NCBI GenBank assembly: GCA_032718475.1
Contig: JAUCBJ010003968.1
Coordinates: 1 to 57,519, forward strand
Length of the DNA stretch: 57,519 nt
Direction: 5' to 3'
From: Nemertoderma westbladi
Lineage: Eukaryota > Animalia > Xenacoelomorpha
The notes below the pieces were generated by a model. It was not told where the DNA came from, searched no databases, and saw nothing but the letters and a program-made list of their open reading frames with translations. Position numbers and translations under genes: made by a program. Below are positions 33,205-45,800 of this stretch, piece by piece (positions within the stretch are counted from its first letter, which is position 1; each line of letters begins with the position of its first letter).

Positions 33205-34692
33205 CCTGAGTGTTTAAAGCTCATCTATCCCATCATAGTAGACATGTACCGAACAACAAGAGTCCCACAAGAAATGAAAACAAATAAGTTGGTGCCAGTT
33301 CCCAAGAAGGTCAACCTAACACTCTATGGTTCTTTTCGGGGAATCTCATTGATCTTGATTGCTGCAAAGCTATACAATAGGATTCTATTAAATCGCATCA
33401 GGGATCCCATTGAGAGACTGCTCCGTGGAAATCAGAATGGGTTCCGTAAAGGTCGTGGGACCATGGAGCCCATTTTGGCACTTAGAAGGATAATTGAAGA
33501 GTTATCAAAAAAGAAAGACAGGCATCTGGCTGTTATCTTTGTTGACTTCTTCAAGGCCTTTGATTCAGTCTCTCGCTCACGTATGTTCAGCATACTTTCA
33601 TTATATGGGATTCCTGATGAAATTATTGCAGCAATCAGATCAGTATACGATGGTTCGACAATATTTGTGTCTACTGTTGACGGTGACACAGAACCATTTG
33701 AAGTGTTATGGGGCGTCCTCCAAGGAGACACACTTGCACCATTCTTGTTCATTATTGTGGTTGACTGTTCTACGCATGTCCTTATATCATTATAATGATG
33801 ATGGGGTGATGATAACTCCACCTACTGGCTCCAGAAGTCGAGGAAATCCTGCCAAGTACCTAACTGATCTAGAATTTGCTGATGACTTAGGAGTACTCTC
33901 AGAATCATTAGAGGGAGCCCAACGGCTCCTCAGCTCATTAGAACATGCTGCTTCTAGTGTTGGTCTTTTTATTAACTCCAGAAAGACCAAAATTCTGACA
34001 GTTAACTTTGAAAGTCTCTGATCGGATGAGCATAAGCTCAAAGGATGGTATGCTTGAGCATGTGGACGACTTCTATTACCTGGGATCATGGATCCGGAAG
34101 TCAGGTGAGGACCTTCGAATACGTAAGGGAAAGGCATGGGCAGCCTTGAATAGGCTTTCCAGGATTTGGAAGTCACCGAGAATTAATCGGAAACTTAAGG
34201 TCCGATTATTTAGAGCAGCAGTAGTTCCAGTACTCCTCTACGGGAGTCCATGCTGGGCTCTAACTGCTGAGGACACCAAATCTCTGGATGGCACGTTCAC
34301 AAGAATGCTACGCCGGCTTCATTGTGTCAAGTACAATGCACACATCTCCAACCAGACACTATATAACATTGGAGGTGTCTCATTGGTTCCCCCAAGCTTG
34401 ACACTAGAACAAAATCGCCTCCGCTTTGCAGGACATTGCTTTCGCCGTGAGGACCAGCCAGTGCATAATCTTGTACTTTGGCAGCCTCATGGAGTGAATA
34501 AGCATGGTGGACAGCCCATGACTTTCTTGAGACGCATCTTAAAGGACACTTGCCTTAAAGATGCGGATGATCTAGCAAATGTCATGGGTGATAGGGAGTT
34601 GTGGCGGTGCAATTTTGTTGACAAGCCGGCACAGCATTCTTAAAAATGCAGCTGCAATGCAGCATGCCGATCCTAGTAGTAGTAGTAGTAGT
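33205..34692 (+). mobile_element. RTE-like LINE copy 4, 5'-truncated, best preserved
   Basis: RT motifs QNGFRKGR, FVDFFKAFDSV, GVLQGDTLAPFLF, LEFADDL, YLGS across three frames; (TAG)n tail; 13-bp TSD agtactatgaata at 33192-33204 and 34693-34705. Confidence 0.95.
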
Positions 34693-34789
34693 AGTACTAT
34701 GAATAGATATGTGCCTAGTACAATAAAACAGTATTTAAGTATGACAAAGTTTAATTTACAAAGTAAAGTTGTCAATAATTTTTTTAATA

Positions 34790-35075
34790 AGAGCTGCAAT
34801 AATTTCCTCAGGAATCCCACATGCTACAGTACTGCATCCTGACCATACGTGGTTGGGAGACTGAATCGAAGGCATTAAAGAAGACAACAAAGATAGTATG
34901 ATAATAAGAAGACGTACATGTACGTACAGTATGTTTTTCTTTGTTGATATATTTTCAAGTATCCTTAAGCGCCAGAATATCCTTTTAGTATCCCTTTTAG
35001 AAAGTACCATGCCTTATTAAATAGTTAGACAGCAGGATTCCAGGATTAATATTTAGTTATAGTGTAGCAGTAGAA
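34790..35075 (-). mobile_element. Old inverted fragment of the same RTE-like family
   Basis: Minus-strand gccttcgattcagtctc...gggattcctgaggaaattattgcagc (AFDSVS...GIPEEIIAA). Confidence 0.7.
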
Positions 35076-36464
35076 TTTGCCCCCCAGTCGAATATGAGAC
35101 CCCCCCCCCCCCCCTAGGCAAATTCTCCTAGGAGATTATGCCCCTACCCCCATCTGTTCTATGAGAAGATCTTTGGTTCAGGATATTTATAGGTCTATAT
35201 TGCAAAGATGACTAGGCCCCTATATAAAATATTTTTCCACAGTTATTCCAATATATATATACAAATTGAGGGAAAGGAGCAGGTTACAGAGGCAGGCTTT
35301 TCATACCAAAACAATAAACGGCCACTTTACAGATTGAGGGAAAGGAGCAGGTTACATAGGCGGGCTTTTCTAACCAAAAGATTAAACGATCACTTTACCA
35401 ATCGCAATAATTTTTCTTGTCCGTTTAAATCACTCACAATATCCTCTTTTTTTGACTTTTTATGTCCGCCAGAAATCTACCGTTAGGTTCCATGCTACCG
35501 GTTTATCTACTGCTGTTCTCTTAGGCTATCAGTACCGGTATTAGTATATAGAGCAGTATTTTGTAGTATTGCAGTATAAAGCCTATGCCTTAGAAATAAT
35601 TATGTAACATTACAGTGCCGGCGTTATGTAGGGTCTGCCCCCCCGAAATAACAAAATGGGGCCTCTAAATAAACAAAATTGGTCCCGGGGAAGAAGATAA
35701 AAGGAGCTCCTGCATGCCCCCCTCAGTGTGTGGGGATGGGGGGGGGGGGGTGTACAAGGCTGAGATAACTCCATCTTGAAATAACTCCCCAGTTATCTCA
35801 GCCTAGGCTGAGATGACTCCCCAAATTGCGAAAAACCCTACAAATAATTATATCTTTAAGTTAAATCCAGATGCTGCCTTTTCAATGTTAAATAATTCTA
35901 TTAAATAGTTTTTGTTACGTGCTATTTTTTTCATTTTGTATTGTGGGGCGAGCCACGAAGTGAGCCAAGCCTTTGCATATGGGTGCCATTGGCGAGTTGT
36001 GTGGGGGCCCTAACGCCGCCACTGTAGCATTATAATACTCAGCTACTGTACAATAGATTTTGATATCGGTATTCTGATATGTAACCTAAACAGTTGTAAA
36101 TGGGAGAATGGTGGTAATTACAGTAGTAAACTTATTTCAGAATTTTAGTACCGGCTGACCGCACTACCTTTTAAAAAATTAATACATTTTAAATAATTGA
36201 TACATATCTGGATAATGCATTTAAAATGGATCGTGACTAATGTAATGTTATGGGTAGCTGTAGTGATGGTACCTCTAAATCTATAATGTAGTTCTAAACT
36301 AACAGATCAGTCCACATACAATGTGTTCGAAAAATCTACTTTGATAGCGAAAACACACTGATATCGAAAATATCGGGCCGATTTTAGCTAAAAAGCAAAA
36401 GGGGTTGTCCCAATAAAGGATATATACAACTGTAAATAATATAAAATTATGCCGCCGTAAAATG

Positions 36465-37655
36465 CTCCTTTTCCTCAAATTGGTAAAGTGGTATCGTTTA
36501 TTGGTTTGGTTAGAAAATTCAGTTTCTGTAACCTGCTCCTTTCCCCAATTTCTAAAGTTATCGTTTATTGTTTTGGTTAGAAACACACGCTTCTGTAACC
36601 TGCTACTTTACCTCAATTGATAATTGTGATCGTTTATTATTGTTTTGGTTAGAAAAGCCCGCCTCTGTAACCTGCTCCTTTCCCCCAATTGGTAAAGTGG
36701 CCGTTTATTGTTTAGTTAGAAAAGGCCGCCTCTGTAACCTGCTCCTTTCCCTGAATTAACTAAGTGATCGTTGATTGTTTTGATTAGAAAATCCCGCCTC
36801 TGTAACCTGCTCATTTCCCTGATTTGGTTAAGTGACTGTTTATTGGTTTGGTTAGAAAGCCAACCTCTGTAAACTGCTCCTTTCCTTCATTTGGTAAAGT
36901 GACTGTTTATTGTTTTGGTTAGCAAATCCCGCCTCTGTAACCTGCTCCTTTCCCTCAATTGGTTAAATGATCGTTTATTGTTTTGGTTACAAAATCCCGC
37001 CTCTGTAACCTGCTCCTTTCCCTGATTTGGTAAAGTGACTGTTTATTGGTTTGGTTAGAAAGCCAACCTCTGTAACCTGCTCCTTTCCTTCATTTGGTAA
37101 AGTTACTGTTTATTGTTTTGGTTAGAAAATCCCGCCTCTGTAACCTTCACCTTCTCCTTTCCCTCAATTAGTTAAATGATCGTTTATTGTTCTGGTTACA
37201 AAATCCCGCCTCTGTAACCTGCTCCTTTCCCTCAATTGGTTAAATGATCGTTTATTGTTTTGGTTACAAAATCCCGCCTCTGTAACCTGCTCCTTTCCCT
37301 GATTTGGTAAAGTGACTGTTTATTGGTTTGGTTAGAAAGCCAACCTCTGTAACCTGCTCCTTTCCTTCATTTGGTAAAGTTACTGTTTATTGTTTTGGTT
37401 AGAAAATCCCGCCTCTGTAACCTTCACCTTCTCCTTTCCCTCAATTAGTTAAATGATCGTTTATTGTTCTGGTTACAAAATCCTGCCTCTGTAACCTGCT
37501 CCTTTCCCTGATTTGGTAAAGTGACCGTTTATTGTTTTGGTTAGACAGGCCCGCCTCTGTAACCTGCTTATTTCTTTCATTTAGTAAAGTGACTGTTTAT
37601 TGTTTTGGTTAGAAAATCCGGCCTCTCTAACCTGCTCCTTTTCCATCAATTGGTA
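36465..37655. repeat. 67-68-bp satellite, about 17 copies, with higher-order structure
   Basis: Unit about ggtaaagtgatcgtttattgttttggttagaaaatcccgcctctgtaacctgctcctttccctcaatt; inverted monomers at 35265-35400. Confidence 0.93.
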
Positions 37656-39099
37656 ATTGGTTTTGGCTATAAAATTAGTGTTTTGCTACGTCATATCATA
37701 TGGCAATCGATTATCGACAACAACCACAAACTATTTAATTTAATAATAATAATAATAATAATAATAATATTGGTTATTTATATAGCGCTTTTATAGCTCA
37801 TTTATAGTCTTTTACCACAGGCGCATATGGAAATCTATGTTATAGTCTATAAATCATGGAATTTACAATGTTTTGTCACAATTATTGTAAATTAAACTGT
37901 GTGACAGTCAAGAAATCCACAAATTTTGAATGTTTTGGCACAGGCATGTTGAAATCAACTGTCTGACTTAGTTAAAGTCAACTTAGTTAAAAGCACCACC
38001 CCACCACTGTAACTACAACTTACTATTTTCCCTCAATTTCGAAGTGTAGTTTCATGTATTGTTTTGGTTAAAAAAAAGCAGCTACTGTAATCTGCTCCGC
38101 TCCTAACTCTTAGTAATGGAATTTACTGTACTGGTACTAATGTACTGGTACTCCATGTCGATTAAAAAACATACTTTTTGTTATCATATCCATATTTATA
38201 AATCAGTTGATAGACAAATAACACTGCAATAATAATAATGTAAATGTACAATATAGTAATATACAGTACCTCCCATACTTCAGTAGTAGGCCCTATCCAG
38301 CTATCTATCAATATAGTTACTACATTTATATTATGAGTATGACTGTATGAAACAGTATTGTACTGCACAAAATGTAATTTTCGCACTATGAATTCCAGTC
38401 TGGCGTGAGTGAAACATCATTTTTCTGGAGGGGCATAAATAACTCCTATACCCCGATTCGGGGTATACCTAATTTTTCCGCTGCCTGAAGATTTTCTAGT
38501 AGAGCACCGATTCGGGGTATAGCTTTCTACTGAAAATCTCGAATTGGTGTCACTATTTTCCACTATGACACCGATTCGGTGTATAGAGCTGTACCCCGAT
38601 TCGGGGTATTTTCCCTTACTGTATGTATTTTTACATTGTCTGATTGTACTGTTGTATGTTGTTAGTTTTTTGTCACATGCTGACATGGGCTGATGGGTTG
38701 GATGAGAGTAAGGACAGAACAGAACAGCAGATGAAACGCTTCAAACCAGCATACTGTATGCGGCCTTATTCAGTTATTCCAGTATTATGTTCTATTGGCT
38801 GATTGGGCAAGCGCAAGGGTTGTACTGTCAGACTGTTGTATGTAGGCCCTACATTTGTATGTATTGCTGTATTGGATTTAATTAAACCACAGAAAAACCA
38901 TAAAAAACCGAAAAAAACCATAAAAAACCAAACAATAAAACCAAAACCAAAATTTTTTTTTCAAAAAACCATGGTTTTTGCCATCCCTGGATATACCCTT
39001 ATAAGGTGTACTGTAAGGTAATGTATCCCGATCGGGATATGTCAATGTACATAACTGTCATTTACTACTACTGTACCGGTACTGCTGTATATTCTACTC

Positions 39100-39529
39100 C
39101 AGTCAGGAACACTGGTCACAATATGTCCAATTTACAGCCAGAATGTGTCCGCGGAAAACGCTCTCAGAGTGAAATTTCTCCATAGAAAACAATGCTAAAT
39201 TTCATTTGAAAACCGGCAGTGAAATTTTAACATTGGCATTCTAAAAATTATGCCATTAGAATCGCCATAAAATTCAGTATAAATTAATTTGAGAATTAGA
39301 ATCTCATCGTTGGGCTTGGGATAACTAGGCTATCATAATATTAAAAATAAAAATGTGCCCAGCTTCTGCTTTGAGTATCGTACTATTGGAGTTACAGCCA
39401 AAATATGTCCGGAAATATAATCGCAGCCTGTGAAGGACAAATAGTGGCTGCACGGACACTTTCTGGCTGTAAATATGTGGACAATTTTTGGCTGAGCTCC
39501 AGCCAGAAAGTGACCAGTGTTCCTAACTG
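39100..39529. mobile_element. MITE with CAGT termini and 5-bp TSD
   Basis: TIR CAGT(C/T)AGGAACACTGGTCAC; TSD TACTC at 39095-39099 and 39530-39534. Confidence 0.85.
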
Positions 39530-39775
39530 TACTCTACTATGTAAAACTACAGTAGGCTATATTTGGAAAACTAGAATGTGATTAAATAATATTAGAATGT
39601 GAAGTGAAGTCTGCACTGCTAACCAACTAAATCCACCTAAAAAAACGTGAAGAAAACGAAACCAGGATGACAATGGTAATGCATTCTGGCATTCGCCGTT
39701 ATGCGCATGACACTGACAGAATGCTGACGATTGGTTAAATGCAGAAATGGTTAGGAGCTGTTGCGCTGTCTGGAC

Positions 39776-41527
39776 TAGGGTTCAACAGAAGGCACTTTAT
39801 GGGGCCGAACCGAACCGAACCGAAGCAGGGCCAACTTCGGGCCGAACCGAACCGAATCCTAACCGAAGTTCAGAAAGTTAGCAAGTTATGGTCATAAATT
39901 CGTATTTACGTCACCATCAGACTATACTGGCTGACTGGCAGTGGCAGACTGGTACCTATATGGTCTGAGGACTTAGCGAGAAAGCTATGATTAATTAAAA
40001 AAATAAATACTACAAAATAAAATGGCAATATTTACATTACTGTACATTACTAACCTAAACTACTGTATGCATGCACTTACTGTATGCACCACATTTTCAC
40101 CCGTAGTAAGCCGTTCAGTAGTGACATCAAATTTAGAAAATCTCACTAAAAGTACAGGTAGTCTTTGTAATACTATTTATATGAGGTAGTAGGTATATTT
40201 GGTATTATGTATCAAAGTTATGATTAATTAAAAAATAGGGTACTACAAAGTAAAATGACAATATTTAGCCTAACCTAAACTACTGTATAATTACGCAAAT
40301 TTTGAAACTACCCAAGTAACCTGGAAACAATTAAAAAAATAATGCCATTTAAATGGAAGTTCAGTCCAAAATTAAGGGTGTAAACGTTAAGCAGACAGTG
40401 GTGCAGATAGTGGTGCAGACACCTGGTGCGGCCAGTGGTGCAGACAGTGGTGCAGCGTGCAGACAGTGGTGCAGACACTGGTGCAGTGCAGACAGTGGTG
40501 CAGACACCTGGTGCGGACTGTGGTGCAGACAGCAGACACCTGGTGCGGACAGTGGTGCAGACACTGGTGGAGACAGTGGTGCAGACAGTGGTGCAGACAC
40601 TGGTGCAGACAGTCTTGCAGACACTGGTGCAGACAGTGGTGCAGACACTGGTCCAGACAGTGGTGCAGACACTGGTCCAGACAGTGGTGCAGACACCTGG
40701 TGAAAATACTGAAATACCAGAGTACCACAAAACACAATACCACCAGGCACTATTATATTATATTTTATCATAGACTTTATTATCTACAAATATGCGAGTA
40801 ACTACTGATAGGTTCTACATGAAGTAGGGAGGACATATGTAGTACAGGTCGAGGTGCGTGTGGGTGAATGTGCCCTGATTACAAATAATTATAAGAGGTG
40901 TGTACGAAAATAATTAAGTGCAGACTGCACCAGTCTGCAAAAGGTGCCTGCACCACTGTCTGCACCACTGTCTGCACCAGTGTCTGCACCACTGTCTGCA
41001 CCACTGTCTGCACCCGGGTCTGCACCACTGTCTGCACCACTGCCACTGCCTGCACACTGTCTGCACCACTGTCTGCACCAGTGTCTGCACCACTGTCTGC
41101 ACCAGTGTCTGCACCACTGTCTGCACCAGGTGTCTGCACCACTGTCTGCACCAGTGTCTGCACCACTGTCTGCACCAGTGTCTGCACCACTGTTGCACCA
41201 CTGTCTGCACCACTGTCTGCACCAGTGCGTGCACCACTGTCTGCACCAGGTGTCTGCACCACTGTCTGCATCACTGTCTGCACCACTGTCTGCTCTGCAC
41301 CAGTGTCTGCTTAACGTTTATACTCCAAAATTAATTAGTACAACGATGGACAGATTGATTAGTCTTACTGTCTTCTGGTCTTAGCTCAATCAGTCAATGT
41401 AATACTTTGAATATTTAGCAAAGTTTGCTCCGGGCTTCTGCAGTATCAATTGCAGAAGCCGAACCGAACCGAAATTGCCAAACTTCGGCCCGAACCGAAC
41501 CGAAGCCGAAGCTTCTGTTGAGCCCTA
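39776..41527. mobile_element. Non-autonomous hAT element
   Basis: TIR TAGGG(T/C)TCAACAGAAG; subterminal (ccgaa)n repeats; perfect 8-bp TSD GTCTGGAC at 39768-39775 and 41528-41535. Confidence 0.9.
40376..41325. mobile_element. Foldback/Mutator-like element with TIRs built from 12-bp tandem repeats
   Basis: Ends G(G/A)GT(G/A)TAAACGTTAAGCAGAC; (gcagacagtggt)n at 40391-40700 and inverted at 40940-41310; perfect 9-bp TSD CAAAATTAA at 40367-40375 and 41326-41334. Confidence 0.88.
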
Positions 41528-41555
41528 GTCTGGACAGACAGCGCAACAGCTCCTA

Positions 41556-42103
41556 CAGTCGGGGAGAAGTTCAAATTTCAACTGAGTTGAAATTTAAAAC
41601 TTTTTTTTTTAAATTCAACTTTTAAGTTGTAAATTCAACTCTAAAATGGCAGGAGGCGCAGAAGGCCCCCAAGACGTGACAGAAGGGGTGTTTTTATTGT
41701 TTTTATGGATGTAACTCGAAAAATTAACCCTCATTACCGATGGAATAAAAACTTTCACCGTCGGGAACACTTTTTTTAAAACATTTTAAGTGATTACATT
41801 TGCAAATTAGCTTAAATACTACGGGAATTTATTAGATGTATTTAATTACAGCTGAATGTCATAATTATTATACAATGGAATACCAGTAATGGATTCCATT
41901 CCAATTCCATATTTCAGTATTTCGAAAGCTAGGCCTACTCCTAAAGTTGAATTTTAAACTCTACTCCAAAAGTTGAATTTTAAACTCTAGGCCTACTCCA
42001 AAAGTTGAATTTTAATAAAAATTTGAATTTTAATAAAAAGTTGAATTATAAAAAATAAAGTTGAAATTTCCACTCAGTTGAAAATATAACTTCTCCCCGA
42101 CTG
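41556..42103. mobile_element. MITE family B (copy 2) with 5-bp TSD
   Basis: CAGTCGGGGAGAAGTT...AACTTCTCCCCGACTG; TSD TCCTA at 41551-41555 and 42104-42108. Confidence 0.88.
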
Positions 42104-42800
42104 TCCTAACAGCGCTGTTGCGTGTTTACCAGAGGAAGCCACATTACTGCATTAGACCTACATCTTTAGCACCTAGGTTCTTTAAATCACCTACCCACTA
42201 CCGGTACCGATACCAGCTTACAGTGGCAAGTTTTTCTAACCAAAACAATAAACGAGAGTGAAGGTAATATTTCAGTATTTTATTTTTTTGGGGGTAATTC
42301 AGTACATGCAGTACGGTAATTCGTCATTATTTTGGGGTATCGGTATCGGTGGGCCTAATTCGTCATTTTGCAATATTTTGGGGTAAATTAAATTTCCAAA
42401 ACAGACTGACAGACTGACAGAGGCTCAAAAACAAGTATTTTGGCTTTGGGGTATGGTTTGGGATTGGGCCGCCACTCTCGTAACCTGCGAGGCCAACTAG
42501 AAGACTATTGGACTAGGCCTAGACTAGACTAGATCCGTGAAAAAGTGGCGCCTCTACTGCTGTACTGCTCTAGCAGTCTAGTGTGATATCCCCCCTATAA
42601 TCGTAATGTGCCTTGCCTATTGTATTACTGTACTGTACACTATTAGGCCTATGCCAGTATGCTACTAAATTATAATTATCTATTACTGTATTAACAGATT
42701 AATAATGTTATGCTATCTTGTAAGCCTGCTTGCACATCTAATCAAATTCATCAATAACAATTAATTAGATATTTCTTTAATTATCCAGTCAGCACTCATT

Positions 42801-45800
42801 ATGGCTGCTGCAGGATATCTGAACTCGTTGGAGGCGCTAATGACTGAATTTTACGATGTAAACACAAGTAATGCCAGAAAACAGGAAATAGAAGCTCAAC
42901 TTAACAATTTTAGTCAACAAAGTGATGCGTGGAGGCATTGTCTCATCTTCATTGAAGCGACAAAAAATCAATTTGTCCAGATGTATGCACTAACTGTCTT
43001 ACAGAATTTAGTCAGTAGACGGTGGGTTTCAGTAGAGATGCGTGAGAAACTCGAGATTACTCGATCTCTTCGCTCACTCGTCTTCTCTAATCGCCCGTTC
43101 GAGGTATACGTAGTCAATAAGATTATCAAACTCATCGTGGATATTGGTAAACTAGACTGGCCTTTTCATTACCCCAATTACTTCTCCGATATAGTAGAGG
43201 TTATGCAGGACGTTCGCACCTGCCATATTGGATTGGCGTTTCTGTTGACAACGTGCGAAGAATTCGCAACGCCGCGGGACGATTTGAGTCGAGCGAGACG
43301 AGAAGAACTCATGATGCTGTTAACGAAACAGTTGCCAGAAACGTTGAATCTTCTCACCGTCATTATAGAATCGTCTTTGTCACGTTCTAGAATCCCAGAC
43401 GACATGGTTACGCCCCCTCCCTCACCAACATCCAGTAACAACAACGTCTCCCCCGCTGTCCAAGATCCCAATGTAATCGCCGACCAAATGCTCAGCAAGT
43501 ACGACAGCGGTGCTATCCGCCTGTCAGTCAGGAACCTGGATGAGCAGTCCGGGAAGTTGATTTATCTATCGCTAAATTGTATTTGCCATATCTTCTCGTG
43601 GGCCCCGCCTTCCCACTGCATCCAACCCAAACTGATACAATCGATATTCTGTATAGCGTCTATCGGCGTAGACCCTCAGGTAACTGCGACCACCGTCTGC
43701 ATTCAACTAGCCAATCACGCGCTGGTAACTATCAACGAAATAGTCGGTCGGAATTTCGTTCCTCGCGATTTCGGCGAATTTTACCTCCATATATTTTCTA
43801 ACTCGTTCGAGTTGATGAGACGAATCTCGCTAGCCAATCAGCAAGCAGTTGCCCCGGCGATTGACTCTGAGTTTATAACGAAGTTCACGGAATTATTGAG
43901 TCTTTTCGTTTCTGTTCACCTTCGGAGGTTCGAGTTGAACCCGGAGTTCCCTATGATCGAGTTCCTTTCGCTCCTTTTCGACTACACCTTCAACCAGCCC
44001 TCCAACGACGGATTCCTCATCTGCCTTGACATCTGGTCCATCTTCTTCGACTACCTCGGGACCAAAATGACAAATCGCGTGGAGGACAGGACCGCGGTGC
44101 TGGCGAGGTATGAGAAGGTTCTCCGAGGGGTTGTTGTTAGTCTCGTCGGGAAGTTCCAGTTCCGTAGCAACCAGGCGCGTCTCGAGGAGTTGGACGACGA
44201 AACCCTCTCCGATGACGAGGTCACTGAGTGGCAGAGTTTCCTGAAGGAATGCAACGAGTTGGTCGCCAAGGTGGCGGTCATCATACCGGAGTACACGGTC
44301 GCTGTGGTGGAGGAGCAGTGGCGACTAGCGCTGGGGGTCTACTGCTCGTTGGATCGGTACGTTACGGCGTCGGAGAACGGGACGCGTTTACTCGCGATCC
44401 CCGGGGAGAACGGACGGTGCAAACTACACTGCACTCTGCGGGACCTCGCCTCGTTGACGCAGACACTGGGTCGGTTGTCTGAGTACTCCGAAGGTCTCTC
44501 CGATACACTGGTGGTCGCTCTATTCGGGGCGTGCGACTACAGCGTGAAGCACACGCTGTGGTCCGCGTCCAACTCAACTGAGACAGCGCTAAACGTAGAC
44601 TTCGTGGAAGTTCACGCACAACTTCTCGCAGCTCTAAAGGCCTTCCATCCGTGGTTGAGTCGAGTCTACCTAGAGGAATCTACCGATAGAGTTTACCATC
44701 TTATCCGTGGAGTTATGGAAGGGGTTTATAAGTTGATACGGCAGGATAAAGTTCCGCTAAAGATTGTCCATTCCGCTGTCCATCTACTGGTGTCCATAGC
44801 GACTAGTGTGCGACCGCGTTATTTCGTCTCGTTGGACTCGATGTTCTCGCTGTACGAGTACTCGTCCACACCCGAGTTCGTGGAGCGCCACACGGAGGAG
44901 ACCAAACTGCTGGTCTACCGCGGGTTGACCAACGCCTTGGTGCTGCCGTGGCCCGGCGTCCCGGAATCCCGGCAGGACTGGCCCGACCGCTCCGCGCACC
45001 ACGCTCGCTTCGTCGCGCGCATCGCCGCGGCTTACCTCGCGCTGGAGGCCCCCGCGCGTCGCAACGACTCGGCCGCACTGGCCCGCGGGATCCCGTGCAT
45101 TGCGCCGACACTCGGGTGGATCTCCGACCAGGTTACCGCGCTGGTCGGGCAGTCGACCCGCTGCAAACAGGTGGTCTGGAACTCAGTTAAACCCGCAACC
45201 GACCTCACTGTTCTCCTAGTCTCCGCGTTGATCACCCACGCTGAGGTCATTGACTCCATCATGTCATTCTACCTCGCGCTGTTTCAATCGCTTCGCTCAC
45301 AAATGGGAGTCGCCTACATCGAAGAAACTGTTAAAATGATCATGGGCCTCTTCGATAAAGATCAACTCTACAACGCCATTACCAACGAAGGCAGCATCGG
45401 TTGCAAAATAGTCGAGAAATTCCTCAGCCTATTAACAATCGTAGCACAGGAGCCCGGCAGTGCCTACATATCCTTCCTCCCTAGTATCATTGGATTGTGT
45501 ACAGAACAGATCCATCCTATAGTTGCCAACCACCCCTCCCACGAGGTCCAGACCGCGGTATACACGCTCCTCTATCAACTCGTCAGCAACCGTTGGAGGT
45601 TCTTCTTTAAGTCGAGTATCCTCGCCACCCTACTCACCCACCCCGATCAGGTGGAGCACGAGAATCTATTCCTCGCTATTATGCAGGTCTTCGGCCAGAG
45701 TTTCATGCAGTCGGACATCGAACTCTTCCGTTTGACTCTCTCGTACCTCCAGGATCTCAACTTTAAATGGAAACTTTATTCGAAGGATATTTTCCGTCGT

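Noticed and set aside
33244-34643. Intact active reverse transcriptase gene or programmed frameshifting
   Set aside because: 5'-truncated with no endonuclease; the frameshifts are simple deletions relative to sister copies.
40308-41384. Cys/His-rich and other periodic ORFs (CLHH, CTTV, SAPL) as metallothionein-like proteins
   Set aside because: Open in nearly all frames on both strands because the 12-bp repeat lacks stops; they lie in the arms of a TSD-flanked element.
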